Positions 27,800 to 39,200 are shown, numbered from the stretch's first letter. The stretch: 64,000 nt of DNA from Candidatus Heimdallarchaeota archaeon (GCA_021399395.1 JAAFKJ010000043.1:18545-82544); one strand, 5' to 3'. Notes: a model not told the origin generated them from the letters alone. Made by a program: numbers and translations.

Positions 27800-30001
27800 C
27801 TAGATCTCTTCCCAGTCTTCTTCGAGTTCTATTATTTCTTCTTCCTCTTCTCTTGAAGCGAATTTCATATCAAGTTCTGATAGTGTTTTCTTGAGAGTTT
27901 CTAGTACTTTAGAATCATCTTCATAATGTTGTGAATCAATAACTCGTTTGTAAATATCTTCAGGAAGATTTTCAAAATACCTAATGCTGTATGCAATAGA
28001 ATTTCTGACTTTAGGATTTCGATCATTTTCTAATATATTGATTAATCTCTCAAGTGTCTCTTGGTTATTCAAATATAGAAGACACATTGCAGCTGTTGCT
28101 CTTTCTATTGGAAACTTACTATCCAACATTGAGATAAGACTCAAATTAGTTTGAACAGATTCATTTCTTTTAGTAAGTACCAAAGCCAACCAAATACGAA
28201 TGAATTCTGGAGATTGATCAAAACTTTCTTCAATTTTTGACATATCCAAATCTCTTCTTAGAATCAACTCTTTTATCGCAGTTTCTGTATTGTCTCCAGC
28301 CAAAGATAGAACTAAAGATCCGAGATTATCCCTTCTGAGATTGGGTAATATAATCATCGGTACATAGAAAACTGCTATTAATGGATAATATCCAACAGTA
28401 TTATAAACAAGATAGTTGATCGCTACGAAGAAGTAGATTACTCCCCCTATTAATCCAATAACTTTCAGAGGATATTGATATTTGAATCTACCTCGGGGGA
28501 TGGGGTTTTTGACAAAGAAGAAAGCTATAGCAAAGGCTATCGCCCCAATAGAAATAGGTAATGCAGTGTAAAGGAAGATCGCAGTTCCAACCAATGTCTG
28601 ACTCGTAATAGCTGTTGCTAGATACATGATAATGAAATAAATAACCACAGGTATTCCTGTAGAGAGTGCTAAAATTGTGATTCTTCTCCTACGTAATTTC
28701 TTTTCCAAAAGTGAGGATTGTTTTCTTAATGTTGGTACTACTGGATCTGTCATTTGAAGAGTAGCTTGTGTCATGCTTTTCATTAAACCAGTATAACTTT
28801 GCGCACCATATCTTTTGGTTATAAGTGAATTAACTAACCCTACTAATACAATGAATATTATCAACGAAAATAATATTCCAAGAAATTGGAAAATAAACTG
28901 CAAAACTATCTCAATTATCATTATTACAATAAAAAATAACAGAAGTGCTACACCTTGCTTCCTGAGAGTTTTCCAGGTTGTTTTAGCGAAACTAACTGTA
29001 TCTCTATAGAAAATGATAGGATAGAGCCCCATTCCAAAAAGTCCAGCAAGCTGGAGGTTTTTCATAACATCGATTAAGGTTGATGAAAGGTAAGAATCCT
29101 TGGGAAACCCCCATTTCAAGATTATAAGGAACTCAAAAATATTGGATGTTTCGTAACCAAATCCAAACCCTAGAAATAGAATGAGAATTGTTAACTCTAT
29201 TCTTCTACTTAGGTGATATACCAAGATCGTTACTAAAGACACGATCAAATAATAGAATAGATCCGTAAAAAATGGTATAAGCAAAGAGTAAGATTTTTCT
29301 TGGAAAGCAGGAATTAGATATTGTGGCATTGAAAATTGCGATAATAGATAGAACATCAATAGTATTGTAGCAGCAGCAACTGCAACACCATCCATTGTGT
29401 TTACTTTTTTATTTATGGAATACATAATTCCTGCATATAATAGTGCGAAAACTGCCGTTGCAAGAATTATTGATCCAAGTAGAAATATGTATTCATTTGT
29501 TGCTTTCCAATCTATTTCTACTACAGGAGTTGATGGATCAACTGGTTGATCAGGATCTGTTCGACTTATAATTCCCGCAATTTTGTTTGCTGCAGGTTGA
29601 AGATGAGAATTATAGAGATATGATAGACCAAGAATAAAAGACAAACCGAAGAATGCTATTTTTAATATATTAAGCTTCTTTCCAGCAATCTTTTTAGGGG
29701 AATTGATTCGTATTCCCAATTTTATAAAATAATAGACACACAATCCCACAACTGCAATCATCGTGCCAACATAAATCAGAATATATGACCCCGGATTAAT
29801 GGTCTCACTTTGACCAAATAAATCGTTGAAAACTTTTAGATTCATGGTAAAACCTAATAGAATAGCTAAAAGAATACCTAATAACTGTCCACCAAATTGA
29901 ACTGTCCAATCCATGAAAATGAGGTCTCGTGCAAGAATGACACTAAAACGTTCAAACTTCTCTTCTTCGGTTTTCTCTGTTTTAGTTTCCTTTTCTGACA
30001 T
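27800..30001 (-). CDS. polytopic membrane protein with C-terminal cytoplasmic HEAT repeats (last gene of the MoxR/DUF58 operon)
   Basis: About 15 TM helices are followed by HEAT/PBS-lyase-like repeats (ATAAMCLLYLNNQETLERLINILENDRNPKVRNSIAYSI). Confidence 0.55.
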   Translation of the reverse strand: MSEKETKTEKTEEEKFERFSVILARDLIFMDWTVQFGGQLLGILLAILLGFTMNLKVFNDLFGQSETINPGSYILIYVGTMIAVVGLCVYYFIKLGIRINSPKKIAGKKLNILKIAFFGLSFILGLSYLYNSHLQPAANKIAGIISRTDPDQPVDPSTPVVEIDWKATNEYIFLLGSIILATAVFALLYAGIMYSINKKVNTMDGVAVAAATILLMFYLLSQFSMPQYLIPAFQEKSYSLLIPFFTDLFYYLIVSLVTILVYHLSRRIELTILILFLGFGFGYETSNIFEFLIILKWGFPKDSYLSSTLIDVMKNLQLAGLFGMGLYPIIFYRDTVSFAKTTWKTLRKQGVALLLFFIVIMIIEIVLQFIFQFLGILFSLIIFIVLVGLVNSLITKRYGAQSYTGLMKSMTQATLQMTDPVVPTLRKQSSLLEKKLRRRRITILALSTGIPVVIYFIIMYLATAITSQTLVGTAIFLYTALPISIGAIAFAIAFFFVKNPIPRGRFKYQYPLKVIGLIGGVIYFFVAINYLVYNTVGYYPLIAVFYVPMIILPNLRRDNLGSLVLSLAGDNTETAIKELILRRDLDMSKIEESFDQSPEFIRIWLALVLTKRNESVQTNLSLISMLDSKFPIERATAAMCLLYLNNQETLERLINILENDRNPKVRNSIAYSIRYFENLPEDIYKRVIDSQHYEDDSKVLETLKKTLSELDMKFASREEEEEIIELEEDWEEI

Positions 30002-30003
30002 AT

Positions 30004-31872
30004 CTAAACCTCAATATCGCTAAGGATGACATCAAATCTCCTCTTTCTACTCTTAACATATTTCCTAATTCGTTTTGATACTATATAGAAGATTACTAGA
30101 ACAATACCAACGGCTATTGCTATTCCTGTATAAATTACATTCCAATTTCTACTTACAATGATGAAAATTTGATAGGTATTATCAAATTCATAAAGTTCAT
30201 AGATCTGACTTCCTGCATCAACAGTAATTGAGACATTCCAAACTCGTAACCCGAATCCTTGAAATTCATCGTATTGAAGATCAAATGTTTCATCAACATC
30301 TAAACTCTCAATTTGTCTAGTCAACTTGATAGTATCATTCAAAGCTAATGATACCCAGAATGGAGCTGAAAGAATTGTCCCATTGTTCTGAATCGTAAAG
30401 TCTATTTGTAGCCTTCTAAATTCCGTAGCATTTTCGGGACTTACAATAACATCTTTAACGTTTAGGTTTGGAAAACGATACCAAGAATAAATATCAGTCG
30501 AGTTTTCATCATATTCCGAAAAATAGGAAAATATATTCATGGGATAAAGAATATTTGCTGAACTGTTCCAATTTTCATTTTCTGGAGCAGATGTTATAGT
30601 ATTGCTAAAGGCCTGACCCATTGCTATTATTCCTAAAGAATCATTAGAATAATACGTTAGAATACTACCCTCACCTCTAGTTATCATACTTGCTAAGTCA
30701 TAGATTAATGTCCCATTATCCCCAACATACATGGGAACGATATCAGTCCCATCTTGCAAAACAATGACACCTAATCTTTGGTTAGAGTATGATATTGCCG
30801 TATAGAAAAATTCAGCATATTTCATATTGATTGGTGCAATGTACTGGATTCCTGATTTATGCGCTGTACCATTAATTGTATAATTGTAAAGTATTGATAA
30901 AGAGAAATTGGAATTGATAAAAGAAATATTATAAAAAGACTCACCCGGAGTTATAAGGTCATTTGTAAGAGTAGCAGTGCCATTATTGGGCAAAGTAATA
31001 AAACCAGTATCATCTAGATCAGTCTGATAAATAGCATTTCCTCCTTCTCCTAGTGTTGAGAGAGTTATCTCTGCATCTCCTTGAAGAAGAGGTATCAAAT
31101 CAGTATCAGGCGGTGGATAGATATAATATTGGGTTCCCCAGAGAAAATGGGGAATAGCAGTAAAAGCAAAAGAGCCTTCTTGAAGAGAAAGTGAATAGAA
31201 AACTACTCCTATTGGACCAGAACCTCTGATAATTGATCCTTCCATTACATCGACATCTATTGTTTGTCCAACAAAGTCTATGTCTTCAGTTTGGTCAGTT
31301 TCACCCGGAGTAATAATTGTTACCTCTGAATTGTTAAACCCAGCAACAATTTTAGCCTTCATATTATCATGCGGACTTTGATATTCATCACCCCACATAG
31401 ACATAACTAAGGGAGAATAGGAAAAAGTATCATCTGAATCATCGGTTTCAGATTGATGATAAACATTAATCTGTAATGGTACAAATGTCTGTATTAAAGA
31501 TCCGTTTTCCATATTTAATTCAGTTGCAGAATTTAGGATGAGTGTTTGATTTGCGTTAATATAAACTGTTGATTCGTATTCTACAGATTCAAAACCAAAG
31601 ATTATTGGAACTTCATCATAGAAGGATGTGATTTTTACAATAGTAGGACCGAAAGGACCGGATCTAAAGAGTAATGGTAATCTATAATTGAGATACAATC
31701 CTCCTGCAGAACTCCCACCTCCCGTGTCCTCTCCTCCACCGGGGGGAGGAATCTCTCCTGAACTGGGACTACCTGCGTAAGTATAACTAACTGAATATGA
31801 AGTTGTAATAGATAAAGGACTTACTACTAACATAAAGAAAATAAATACTGCTGAAATAACTTGTTTCTTCAT
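30004..31872 (-). CDS. large secreted beta-rich protein with a C-terminal TM anchor (MoxR/DUF58 operon)
   Basis: A signal peptide and a Gly/Pro-rich linker precede an Asn/Thr/Tyr-rich ~550-aa ectodomain, then a C-terminal TM helix and a basic tail. Its stop is adjacent to the next start. Confidence 0.5.
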   Translation of the reverse strand: MKKQVISAVFIFFMLVVSPLSITTSYSVSYTYAGSPSSGEIPPPGGGEDTGGGSSAGGLYLNYRLPLLFRSGPFGPTIVKITSFYDEVPIIFGFESVEYESTVYINANQTLILNSATELNMENGSLIQTFVPLQINVYHQSETDDSDDTFSYSPLVMSMWGDEYQSPHDNMKAKIVAGFNNSEVTIITPGETDQTEDIDFVGQTIDVDVMEGSIIRGSGPIGVVFYSLSLQEGSFAFTAIPHFLWGTQYYIYPPPDTDLIPLLQGDAEITLSTLGEGGNAIYQTDLDDTGFITLPNNGTATLTNDLITPGESFYNISFINSNFSLSILYNYTINGTAHKSGIQYIAPINMKYAEFFYTAISYSNQRLGVIVLQDGTDIVPMYVGDNGTLIYDLASMITRGEGSILTYYSNDSLGIIAMGQAFSNTITSAPENENWNSSANILYPMNIFSYFSEYDENSTDIYSWYRFPNLNVKDVIVSPENATEFRRLQIDFTIQNNGTILSAPFWVSLALNDTIKLTRQIESLDVDETFDLQYDEFQGFGLRVWNVSITVDAGSQIYELYEFDNTYQIFIIVSRNWNVIYTGIAIAVGIVLVIFYIVSKRIRKYVKSRKRRFDVILSDIEV

Positions 31873-32825
31873 CTTACAAGACCTCTTCTTTTGGAACCAA
31901 AATATGTGAGTAATAGTTTCTCCATTAAAACTGTTGTAGGGGCATCAATTACATCAATATTCAAACCAACTGCTTTTCTTTTGAATTCATTGATTTCCTT
32001 TATTTGTAATCCTAGCTCGTACATGAACATACCTCGCTCAAGTAGATTGCTGAAGTTAACTGCTAAAACTTCACCAGTCTCGGGGTCTTGAAATTTTACT
32101 TGTCTAGGATTTTTTGGAAATAGAAATTCTTCAGGATCATGTATGTGAATAAGTTTAACATCATGATGTTTTACGTTTGCAACTTTAAAACCATCCAATG
32201 CTTTCTCAAGATCACCATGAAGATCTGTAAGAATGATGATTATTGCTCTTCTTTTTTGTGCTAATGCTATATCTCGGATGCTTTCTCCAATGTCTGTATT
32301 TCCAAGTGGAGCAACCTTCAGCATCTCATTGAATATACTATAAAGGTGAGTTTTTCCTCCTCTTGGTGGTATATATTTGTGGATTTTATCTGAGAATGAT
32401 ACCCAACCAAAATTATCACGATTATTCATTACAGTATATGCTAAAGTAGCTATAGCTTCCACTGCCATTTTTATTCTAGGTGTTGGATCACCAAGCAACA
32501 TTGAATAACTTGTGTCAAGCATCAGGATAACATTGGTGTTTCTTTCTTGTTCATAATCTCTTACAATTAATTTATGTGGAACTCTTGAAGATGCATTCCA
32601 ATCTATAAATCTAAGATCATCTCCCTCAGTATACTCTCGTAAATCAGCATATTCTGTTCCTGGTCCTCGAAAGATAGAACGTCTGTGACCTTGTAAAAAG
32701 CTTGTAGATCTCTCTTTTGCAAGAATCTCTAACTTCTTGAGTTTCTTAAGAGGAATTTTTCCGCTTTCTCTCTTTTCTTTCACTGACTTAGGTCCTTCTG
32801 CTAGAGTCATACCCTTAACTTCCAT
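31869..32825 (-). CDS. DUF58 family protein with a vWA-like domain (MoxR partner)
   Basis: A MIDAS-like DxSxS motif (MLDTSYSM) is present in DUF58 architecture; the gene overlaps both neighbours by a few nt. Confidence 0.75.
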   Translation of the reverse strand: MEVKGMTLAEGPKSVKEKRESGKIPLKKLKKLEILAKERSTSFLQGHRRSIFRGPGTEYADLREYTEGDDLRFIDWNASSRVPHKLIVRDYEQERNTNVILMLDTSYSMLLGDPTPRIKMAVEAIATLAYTVMNNRDNFGWVSFSDKIHKYIPPRGGKTHLYSIFNEMLKVAPLGNTDIGESIRDIALAQKRRAIIIILTDLHGDLEKALDGFKVANVKHHDVKLIHIHDPEEFLFPKNPRQVKFQDPETGEVLAVNFSNLLERGMFMYELGLQIKEINEFKRKAVGLNIDVIDAPTTVLMEKLLLTYFGSKRRGLVR

Positions 32826-34407
32826 TTACTAATTTATCATGAACATTCTCAATTGATTTGAGTATTTTTTGACCTTCTTTCAAAATATATTTGTCATCCC
32901 AAAGTAAACTATCAACAACTTTGAAAACTTGCTTAGCTTCTTTGTGAATTTGTTTTTCATCCTTAATCATATCTAGAACAATATTGTTGATGTCTACTAA
33001 TATTCCAATATTAATTTCTCCTTTAACAATAAGAGATAGTATCTTTTGATAGGTATCGAGTATTTTGAGTGCTTCTTTACCTTTCTTTTTGATCTTACTG
33101 ATATCAATTATAAGAGGTTCTTTTACCTTTACTTTATCTTTCAAATCCTCTTCTAGAATCTCTTCAAGTTCTTTTTCTACTCCTCTGGCTAAACGTAAAC
33201 TTCTCTTCTTCATTGCTGCTAAATAAGCAAAAATTGGGAACAGGTTAAAATACCAACTTGGCTCTAAAATTCCTTTTTCAACCATTAGTTTCTCAAAATA
33301 TCTATTCAATGAGAGTCCTATTGAAACAAGTATTAGGAATAAATGACAGATAATCATCCAAGAGTATGAGGTGTCATTTGCATTGAGGAAAATCATCACC
33401 GCAACACTCAGTAAAAACCAAATTGCCATTGCTATGAAGATGTAACTTTCTTTTTGCCAATAAAGCCAAACTCCAATGAGACTCGCTACTATTGTTACTA
33501 AATAGAATATAATTACTTGAACAATTGTAATTCTGGACCAGAAAGTAAAGTAAAACATGGTTAACATAAGAGTTGAAAACATTGTTGCTCCTATTGCAGC
33601 TTGTACTAACTGTCTAACATTGCTCTCAAATCTGATATCTGACCTGAATTGATGTCTATCTAAAGTACCTCTGAACTTCTCATAACTTTGATAAAGTACA
33701 GCAAACATCATACCTCCCATTATTGCTACATCAATAACAGAAATTAGGGTTGTGGTACTTAGAAGGGATGCAGCATCTACTTCATAGACTCCAATGAACT
33801 TCGAGAAAATATCTTCATGAAAAATCATTGGGGCGAATATAATGATTAACACGGCATACAGTAGCCACAAAAGATTGTTTGCGGAGCTTATAAGGTCTAA
33901 TGCTATTGGAGGTTCAGAGACATTCCATTCAGCACCACTAAGGAATTTAGGCATTCTATCTTGAATATATCTTGAACGTATGACTCGTTCTAGAATTTCT
34001 GATCCTATAATTAGTCCTGCTATTATTGGTAAAGATATCCAAATACCCAAACCATTTGGATTTGGTCCAAGTATAAGCAAGAAGAGATTCACTCCTGTTG
34101 CATTTGCTATTGCAATACCTGCATTTGGGATTGTTGCTTGCAGAATAGAGAAAATTATTATCAAGAGGAATGGAATTAGTTTTAGGAAGGAGTACCACAG
34201 TTTTTCTAATCTTATTCGAATACCTACACCTCTCGCAGTTTCTACAAGAGTTGCATTTAATTCATATGGGTAGACTTTACGAGAACCTTTGACGATAGCT
34301 CTTGTTTGACTTTTGAACAATCGAGTTCTCATTCCAAAAGATCTCATGAGTACATCCATTTTCTTCAATGATCTTTCCAAAGGTGTTGTTGGTTCTTTTG
34401 AGCTCAT
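32815..34407 (-). CDS. polytopic membrane protein with a C-terminal coiled-coil domain (MoxR/DUF58 operon)
   Basis: About 10 TM helices. The start is reassigned to the internal Met (MSSKEP), which abuts the upstream gene's stop. Confidence 0.5.
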   Translation of the reverse strand: MSSKEPTTPLERSLKKMDVLMRSFGMRTRLFKSQTRAIVKGSRKVYPYELNATLVETARGVGIRIRLEKLWYSFLKLIPFLLIIIFSILQATIPNAGIAIANATGVNLFLLILGPNPNGLGIWISLPIIAGLIIGSEILERVIRSRYIQDRMPKFLSGAEWNVSEPPIALDLISSANNLLWLLYAVLIIIFAPMIFHEDIFSKFIGVYEVDAASLLSTTTLISVIDVAIMGGMMFAVLYQSYEKFRGTLDRHQFRSDIRFESNVRQLVQAAIGATMFSTLMLTMFYFTFWSRITIVQVIIFYLVTIVASLIGVWLYWQKESYIFIAMAIWFLLSVAVMIFLNANDTSYSWMIICHLFLILVSIGLSLNRYFEKLMVEKGILEPSWYFNLFPIFAYLAAMKKRSLRLARGVEKELEEILEEDLKDKVKVKEPLIIDISKIKKKGKEALKILDTYQKILSLIVKGEINIGILVDINNIVLDMIKDEKQIHKEAKQVFKVVDSLLWDDKYILKEGQKILKSIENVHDKLVNGS

Positions 34408-34408
34408 T

Positions 34409-35176
34409 CTAGTTTTCCTCCTCTTTCTTCGCTTTTTTTTGCAATTTCTTAAGCCGTCTTTCCTCCCGTTTTTGAGGAGCGTTTGCAATAGCTTCCTTTG
34501 TTTTCTTATACGCTATTTTCGATAATTCAACAGTTTTTGGAATTCCTATAAATAAAGCAGGAGTAATCATTACTAGAAATATAAAAACAAAAATGATAAT
34601 CCATCTAACGAATGTTTGTGGGTCTGGAAATCCTGGAAGATTGATTATAGGATTTGCATCTCCTCTTTCAACTTGGATATATGATTTGTCTCCAGGAAAT
34701 TGTGCGATGAAGAGAGAATCTAAAGGATGAGATGAGCTTTTTGCTATGATCTCAATGGAGATGTTGAATAGATTATAATCTGCTGGTGCAATTAATGTGG
34801 TGTTGATATTGTATGCTTGAATAGTTTCGTTTAACACAAAATCCTCTGCATGCAAATATCTTGCTTCAGTTTCATTATCTGGGTAGACATAAGTAATATC
34901 AACATAAGTTATGGAAATATTGTAACCAGATTGAATATTAGCTGCTCCAAAAGTAATACTAAAATTGACTCCAACATTTTCCTCCCAACTTAATGGAGCT
35001 CTTGAAACAACTGTGAAGTTTGAATTTTCATCAATTTCAAATCTATAGGTTGGGGAAGTATATACACTCTCTTGCCCTTTTACTTGATTAATGGGTAATA
35101 TTGTTAGTGCTAAAATTGTGATTAATATAAGATTAAGTGTTAGTTTTTTTAACTTCATTTTTGCTCTTTTCTCCAT
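34409..35176 (-). CDS. secreted protein with a C-terminal TM anchor (MoxR/DUF58 operon)
   Basis: Signal peptide, a ~190-aa ectodomain, then a TM helix and a basic tail (KKLQKKAKKEEEN). Confidence 0.5.
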   Translation of the reverse strand: MEKRAKMKLKKLTLNLILITILALTILPINQVKGQESVYTSPTYRFEIDENSNFTVVSRAPLSWEENVGVNFSITFGAANIQSGYNISITYVDITYVYPDNETEARYLHAEDFVLNETIQAYNINTTLIAPADYNLFNISIEIIAKSSSHPLDSLFIAQFPGDKSYIQVERGDANPIINLPGFPDPQTFVRWIIIFVFIFLVMITPALFIGIPKTVELSKIAYKKTKEAIANAPQKREERRLKKLQKKAKKEEEN

Positions 35177-37362
35177 TTTTCAAATTTCTGAATTAAACTC
35201 ATAACAGATTCCACATAATCTCTAGATTGAGGTTTGGTGTAGTAAACCTGTTCTTCATTCAACATACTATTTGAAATTCCTCTTCCCACAGAAAGGATTT
35301 CTAATGTTTCTGAAATTAAGAAAGAAGGAATATATTTACGAATAGTTTTCTCTTGCAAATCCTCATTAACTGCAAGTAGGTTGACAGGTACAGCTCTACT
35401 TAGATAACCAAGCAGTTCCCAATACTCTCCTAGCATTGCTTTCCAAGGTTCTTTAGAAACATCTATCTCTCTTGATCTTTTGATAGCATCAATCTGAATT
35501 TCTTCAACTGAAACAAGCATTTCATATTTCTGTTCCTCCTCTTGAATCTTCTTAATCATCCGTCTCCGAACGATGAAATAAGTTAGTAGAAATGCGAGTA
35601 TAGGTGCAATCAAACCTAAAAGACTTAGAAAGATGAGGTTGTTCATCAGAGAATTTTTTTGCTCTTCTGTAAGCTCTGTTTCTACTCTGAAATGCTCAAA
35701 TCTTGCAGATAGATCTTCTATTGCATCAATGACATCAATAAATGAATAAGTAATTTGTGCAGAAAATAAATCGTGATACGGGTCAATTTCTCTGTTTGGG
35801 TGAATGAATCTGATTTTTGTCCTTCCTTCAGGAGTTTTTTCTAGTTTTCCTTCACCATCAAGAGTAAGATAATCCTCGGGTGAAGCACTATAAACGATAG
35901 AATCTTCAGGCATTATGACGGTGTAATCTATATTTGCCTTTGAATAGTTATAATCTAATGTGGTATCGTTTTGTAAATCTGGATTAATGAATAAAAGCCA
36001 GAAATAATCAAGATATACTAGAATGTTACTATTATTATAATATACGTAGGGTCTAACAATTTCATAGTGAATATAACCTTGAACATTTCTGATAAGATAT
36101 CGGTCACTAAACTGTTGATAGGAAACAGGTGTGCCGAACTCGTTGTATGCTGAGAATTCAAGTACCTCGCTGGTATCAATCCAAATACTATAATTGTCGA
36201 TAAGAAACCCTATGTCAAACTTTACGGTTTCAAATGCAATACCATCTGCATCCAAATCAACTATAGTTTCGTAATCCATAACTTCATCCTGATTCAAGAT
36301 AGGTTCTGCACCTTCCATAGTGACCATTTTATTGTTTGTAATTGTTTGATAATTCACGTCATCCGTTGTTTGATCATTTATGTGCATGGTCTGTGATATC
36401 AATAGTAAGATGAAGAAAACATTGAATAGAGCAGATACCCGTTTTCTTGGATCTTGTTCTCCTTCTATGTCTCTCAACATTTTCTTAGGTAAGCTTCTTG
36501 CTTCATTTAAACGTGATTTGAATTTCCTTTTTGCCCTCAAATAACCATAAAGAGATGCCATTATACTGACCACTACAGCTAAAAATGCAATTAATCTGAA
36601 ATAAATTTGTAGTAAATCCAACAAACTTTCTATTTGTTCAAGTTCTTGTTCTTGGCTTTGGTTCTGATACATTTGTTCAGTAAACTGTAGATAAATCGGG
36701 TCATAATTGTAAGTTATCTCATATGTTAGCGGGTCATGAAATGGATCCATTGCTCTTTCTTCATAATCCCATGTTATACCAAATCTCTCTCCTTCCTTTA
36801 CAATGACTGCTTTATCCGTAGGCGCAAAACTCACTAAACCTGCACCCTTTGGTAATATCTGTTTGTTATGGTAAGTCACAGGAGCATATCTTTCTTCTCC
36901 TTCTGGAGTAAGGTAACTGAATTGTGCCCAAAAGGTGTCAAATATAACAATAAAGTTTGTATCAATGAAATAATCAGGCTCACTATAAACCTCTATTTTA
37001 TAGTACAATTCAATAGTCCTGGGGTAAATCCTAATCCTATCATCGTAAAGAGTGAAATCTACACCTTCTGTTAGATTTCCAATACCATCCCAAAAAGCAA
37101 TTAACTGCATAGCGGGAACATTTCCATAGATTGTGAGATAACCTCCTCCAGAGTTGAGGTCTACCCAACGAATATACCCGTTTGTTTCAGTAATATTGTT
37201 TTTGTCATAATATTGGTCTTTACTAATAATAACTGTAAAATCAGTCTCTTGAGCTTGAACATTGTTTGTTTTTGAATAGATTACAAAAGCACTACTACCC
37301 ACTAAAGCAACGACTTCTAGACTAATGATTATGAGCAAGATTAACTTACGTTCGATCTTCAT
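35155..37362 (-). CDS. 735-aa membrane protein with two extracytoplasmic domains separated by TM helices (MoxR/DUF58 operon)
   Basis: There is an N-terminal TM, a central TM pair and a TM near residue 600. The two ~250-aa Tyr/Asn-rich ectodomains look like paralogous repeats. It lies immediately downstream of MoxR. Confidence 0.5.
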   Translation of the reverse strand: MKIERKLILLIIISLEVVALVGSSAFVIYSKTNNVQAQETDFTVIISKDQYYDKNNITETNGYIRWVDLNSGGGYLTIYGNVPAMQLIAFWDGIGNLTEGVDFTLYDDRIRIYPRTIELYYKIEVYSEPDYFIDTNFIVIFDTFWAQFSYLTPEGEERYAPVTYHNKQILPKGAGLVSFAPTDKAVIVKEGERFGITWDYEERAMDPFHDPLTYEITYNYDPIYLQFTEQMYQNQSQEQELEQIESLLDLLQIYFRLIAFLAVVVSIMASLYGYLRAKRKFKSRLNEARSLPKKMLRDIEGEQDPRKRVSALFNVFFILLLISQTMHINDQTTDDVNYQTITNNKMVTMEGAEPILNQDEVMDYETIVDLDADGIAFETVKFDIGFLIDNYSIWIDTSEVLEFSAYNEFGTPVSYQQFSDRYLIRNVQGYIHYEIVRPYVYYNNSNILVYLDYFWLLFINPDLQNDTTLDYNYSKANIDYTVIMPEDSIVYSASPEDYLTLDGEGKLEKTPEGRTKIRFIHPNREIDPYHDLFSAQITYSFIDVIDAIEDLSARFEHFRVETELTEEQKNSLMNNLIFLSLLGLIAPILAFLLTYFIVRRRMIKKIQEEEQKYEMLVSVEEIQIDAIKRSREIDVSKEPWKAMLGEYWELLGYLSRAVPVNLLAVNEDLQEKTIRKYIPSFLISETLEILSVGRGISNSMLNEEQVYYTKPQSRDYVESVMSLIQKFEKWRKEQK

Positions 37363-37374
37363 TCACTTCAATCT

Positions 37375-38400
37375 CTATGCTTGTACACTTGGAGCTGGAG
37401 TATGCTTTAATATTCTATCAATAATAATTTCAGAAGTTGTTCCATCAAATTCGTATTCAGGTTTAATAAGCACTCTATGTCGTAATACGTTCTTAGCAAC
37501 CTTTTGAATATCTAATGGATTAACGTACTTTCTACCATCCAAAGCAGCTGTAGCTTTGGCAGCAATGGTCATCCACAAACTAGCTCGGGGACTAGCACCC
37601 ATGTAGACTTCTTCGCTCTCTCTAGTGAGATTAACGATCCTAACAATATATTTAGAAAGATCTTGAGAAATACTAACTTCCTTCCTGACAACTTTTTGTA
37701 ATTCTAAAACTTCGTCTCCTGTCATTACTGGGACGATGTCTTCTAATTTATCATAGGAATCATATTCGCCTGTAAAACGGTTAACTATCTCAACTTCGTT
37801 TGCTTCTTCAGGGTAGGTAACTAGAAGTTTGAAGGCAAAACGATCGATTTGAGCTTCAGGTAAAGGATACGTACCTTCGGTTTCTATGGGGTTCTGCGTG
37901 GCAAATACGATGAATGGGGCTGGTAATTCATATGTTTTCTTTTCAACTGACACCTGTTTTTCCTGCATGCTCTCTAGCATTGCTGCTTGAGTTTTTGGAG
38001 GTGCTCTGTTAATTTCATCCGCTAGTAAAAGATTTGTAAACACTGGTCCTTGCTTGAAGTAAAAGTCTCCTGTTTCTGGTCTAAATGCCATGACTCCTGT
38101 TACATCAGAAGGCATGAGATCTGGTGTAAATTGAATCCTTTTGAAATCTGCAGAGATTGCTCTTGCCAAGGCACGTGCCATGAGTGTTTTTGCAATACCT
38201 GGTACTCCTTCAAGTAGAACATGACCATCAGCTAGAACTGCAGCTATCATTGATTCTATTACTTCTTCTTGGCCTACTATTACTTTGCTGATGCTTTGTT
38301 TAATCTGCTTAACTTTTTTAGAAATATCTTTGATGCCAACTTTGGTAGATTGTGTTTTTTTCTTTGAAACTTTTTTCTCCTTAGAACTCATTATTGACAC
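37375..38400 (-). CDS. MoxR-family AAA+ ATPase
   Basis: Walker A in MoxR context (VLLEGVPGIAKTLMARALA), Walker B (LLADEINRAPPKTQ) and sensor regions are present; the 341-aa size fits. Confidence 0.85.
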   Translation of the reverse strand: MSIMSSKEKKVSKKKTQSTKVGIKDISKKVKQIKQSISKVIVGQEEVIESMIAAVLADGHVLLEGVPGIAKTLMARALARAISADFKRIQFTPDLMPSDVTGVMAFRPETGDFYFKQGPVFTNLLLADEINRAPPKTQAAMLESMQEKQVSVEKKTYELPAPFIVFATQNPIETEGTYPLPEAQIDRFAFKLLVTYPEEANEVEIVNRFTGEYDSYDKLEDIVPVMTGDEVLELQKVVRKEVSISQDLSKYIVRIVNLTRESEEVYMGASPRASLWMTIAAKATAALDGRKYVNPLDIQKVAKNVLRHRVLIKPEYEFDGTTSEIIIDRILKHTPAPSVQA

Positions 38401-38486
38401 TCCTTAAGTAGAAAAGTCTAATTCCCTTATAAACGTATTTTATTAAAAGAAATTAAAATTATCTGAAGAACAAAAAACTCTAGGAA

Positions 38487-39200
38487 TTATGTTTCTTCTT
38501 CTACAGCTTTCTGACTGGGTTCTGTAGCCACTTCTTCTTCCCACTCTTCATGAAAATCCCACTGTGAAAGCGATATGCTAAAAGAAGAATCTTCTTTCCC
38601 TGGACACTCGATTCTTATAGTGAGATGATCCTTAGAAATTTCTTCTACTTCTGGGTGTAAACAATTCTCTTCTAAAATATCCATAAGAGCTGCGACATAT
38701 GTGTTTGAGATTTGGTTAATACTTTCCTCTTGGATTTTAAGACCAACCTCTCCCAATTTATAGCAAGTTTTACGTCCTTCGCTGAACTTTTCAACTAAAT
38801 TTGCTTGAACCATTCTATCTGCATGATGTCTTACAGTGTCATGATGAATACCTATTTCTTTTGCAATTATTGTTTGATGAATACCTTCATTATTTACAAT
38901 ATAAGCAAAAATTTTCCTTGCAGTTAAATGTTTTAGAACCACAAATGCTTTTTCAACATCTTCATCTCTTAATGTTCTTGAAAAATAGACTCTCTTTCCC
39001 CCAAATTTCGTAGTCTTGATTAAATTAGCTTCTTCAAGTTTCCTTAGATGCCAGTTTACAGTACCATGCGGTGCAGTTAAAGTACTTGATAATTCAAAAA
39101 AATATGCACCAGGGGTCTCACAAACAAGACGGTAAATCTCACGGCGTAATGGATGGAGAAGCAAAGTGAGACGTTTTTCCTTTACTCTCCTTTGAACCAA
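38487..39200 (-). CDS. transcription regulator with two tandem winged-helix (ArsR/MarR-like) domains
   Basis: Two HTH-like segments (LRREIYRLV...HLRKLEEANLIK and IIAKEIGIHHDTVRHHADRMVQANLV). It lies directly upstream of the MoxR operon on the same strand. Confidence 0.6.
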   Translation of the reverse strand: MVQRRVKEKRLTLLLHPLRREIYRLVCETPGAYFFELSSTLTAPHGTVNWHLRKLEEANLIKTTKFGGKRVYFSRTLRDEDVEKAFVVLKHLTARKIFAYIVNNEGIHQTIIAKEIGIHHDTVRHHADRMVQANLVEKFSEGRKTCYKLGEVGLKIQEESINQISNTYVAALMDILEENCLHPEVEEISKDHLTIRIECPGKEDSSFSISLSQWDFHEEWEEEVATEPSQKAVEEET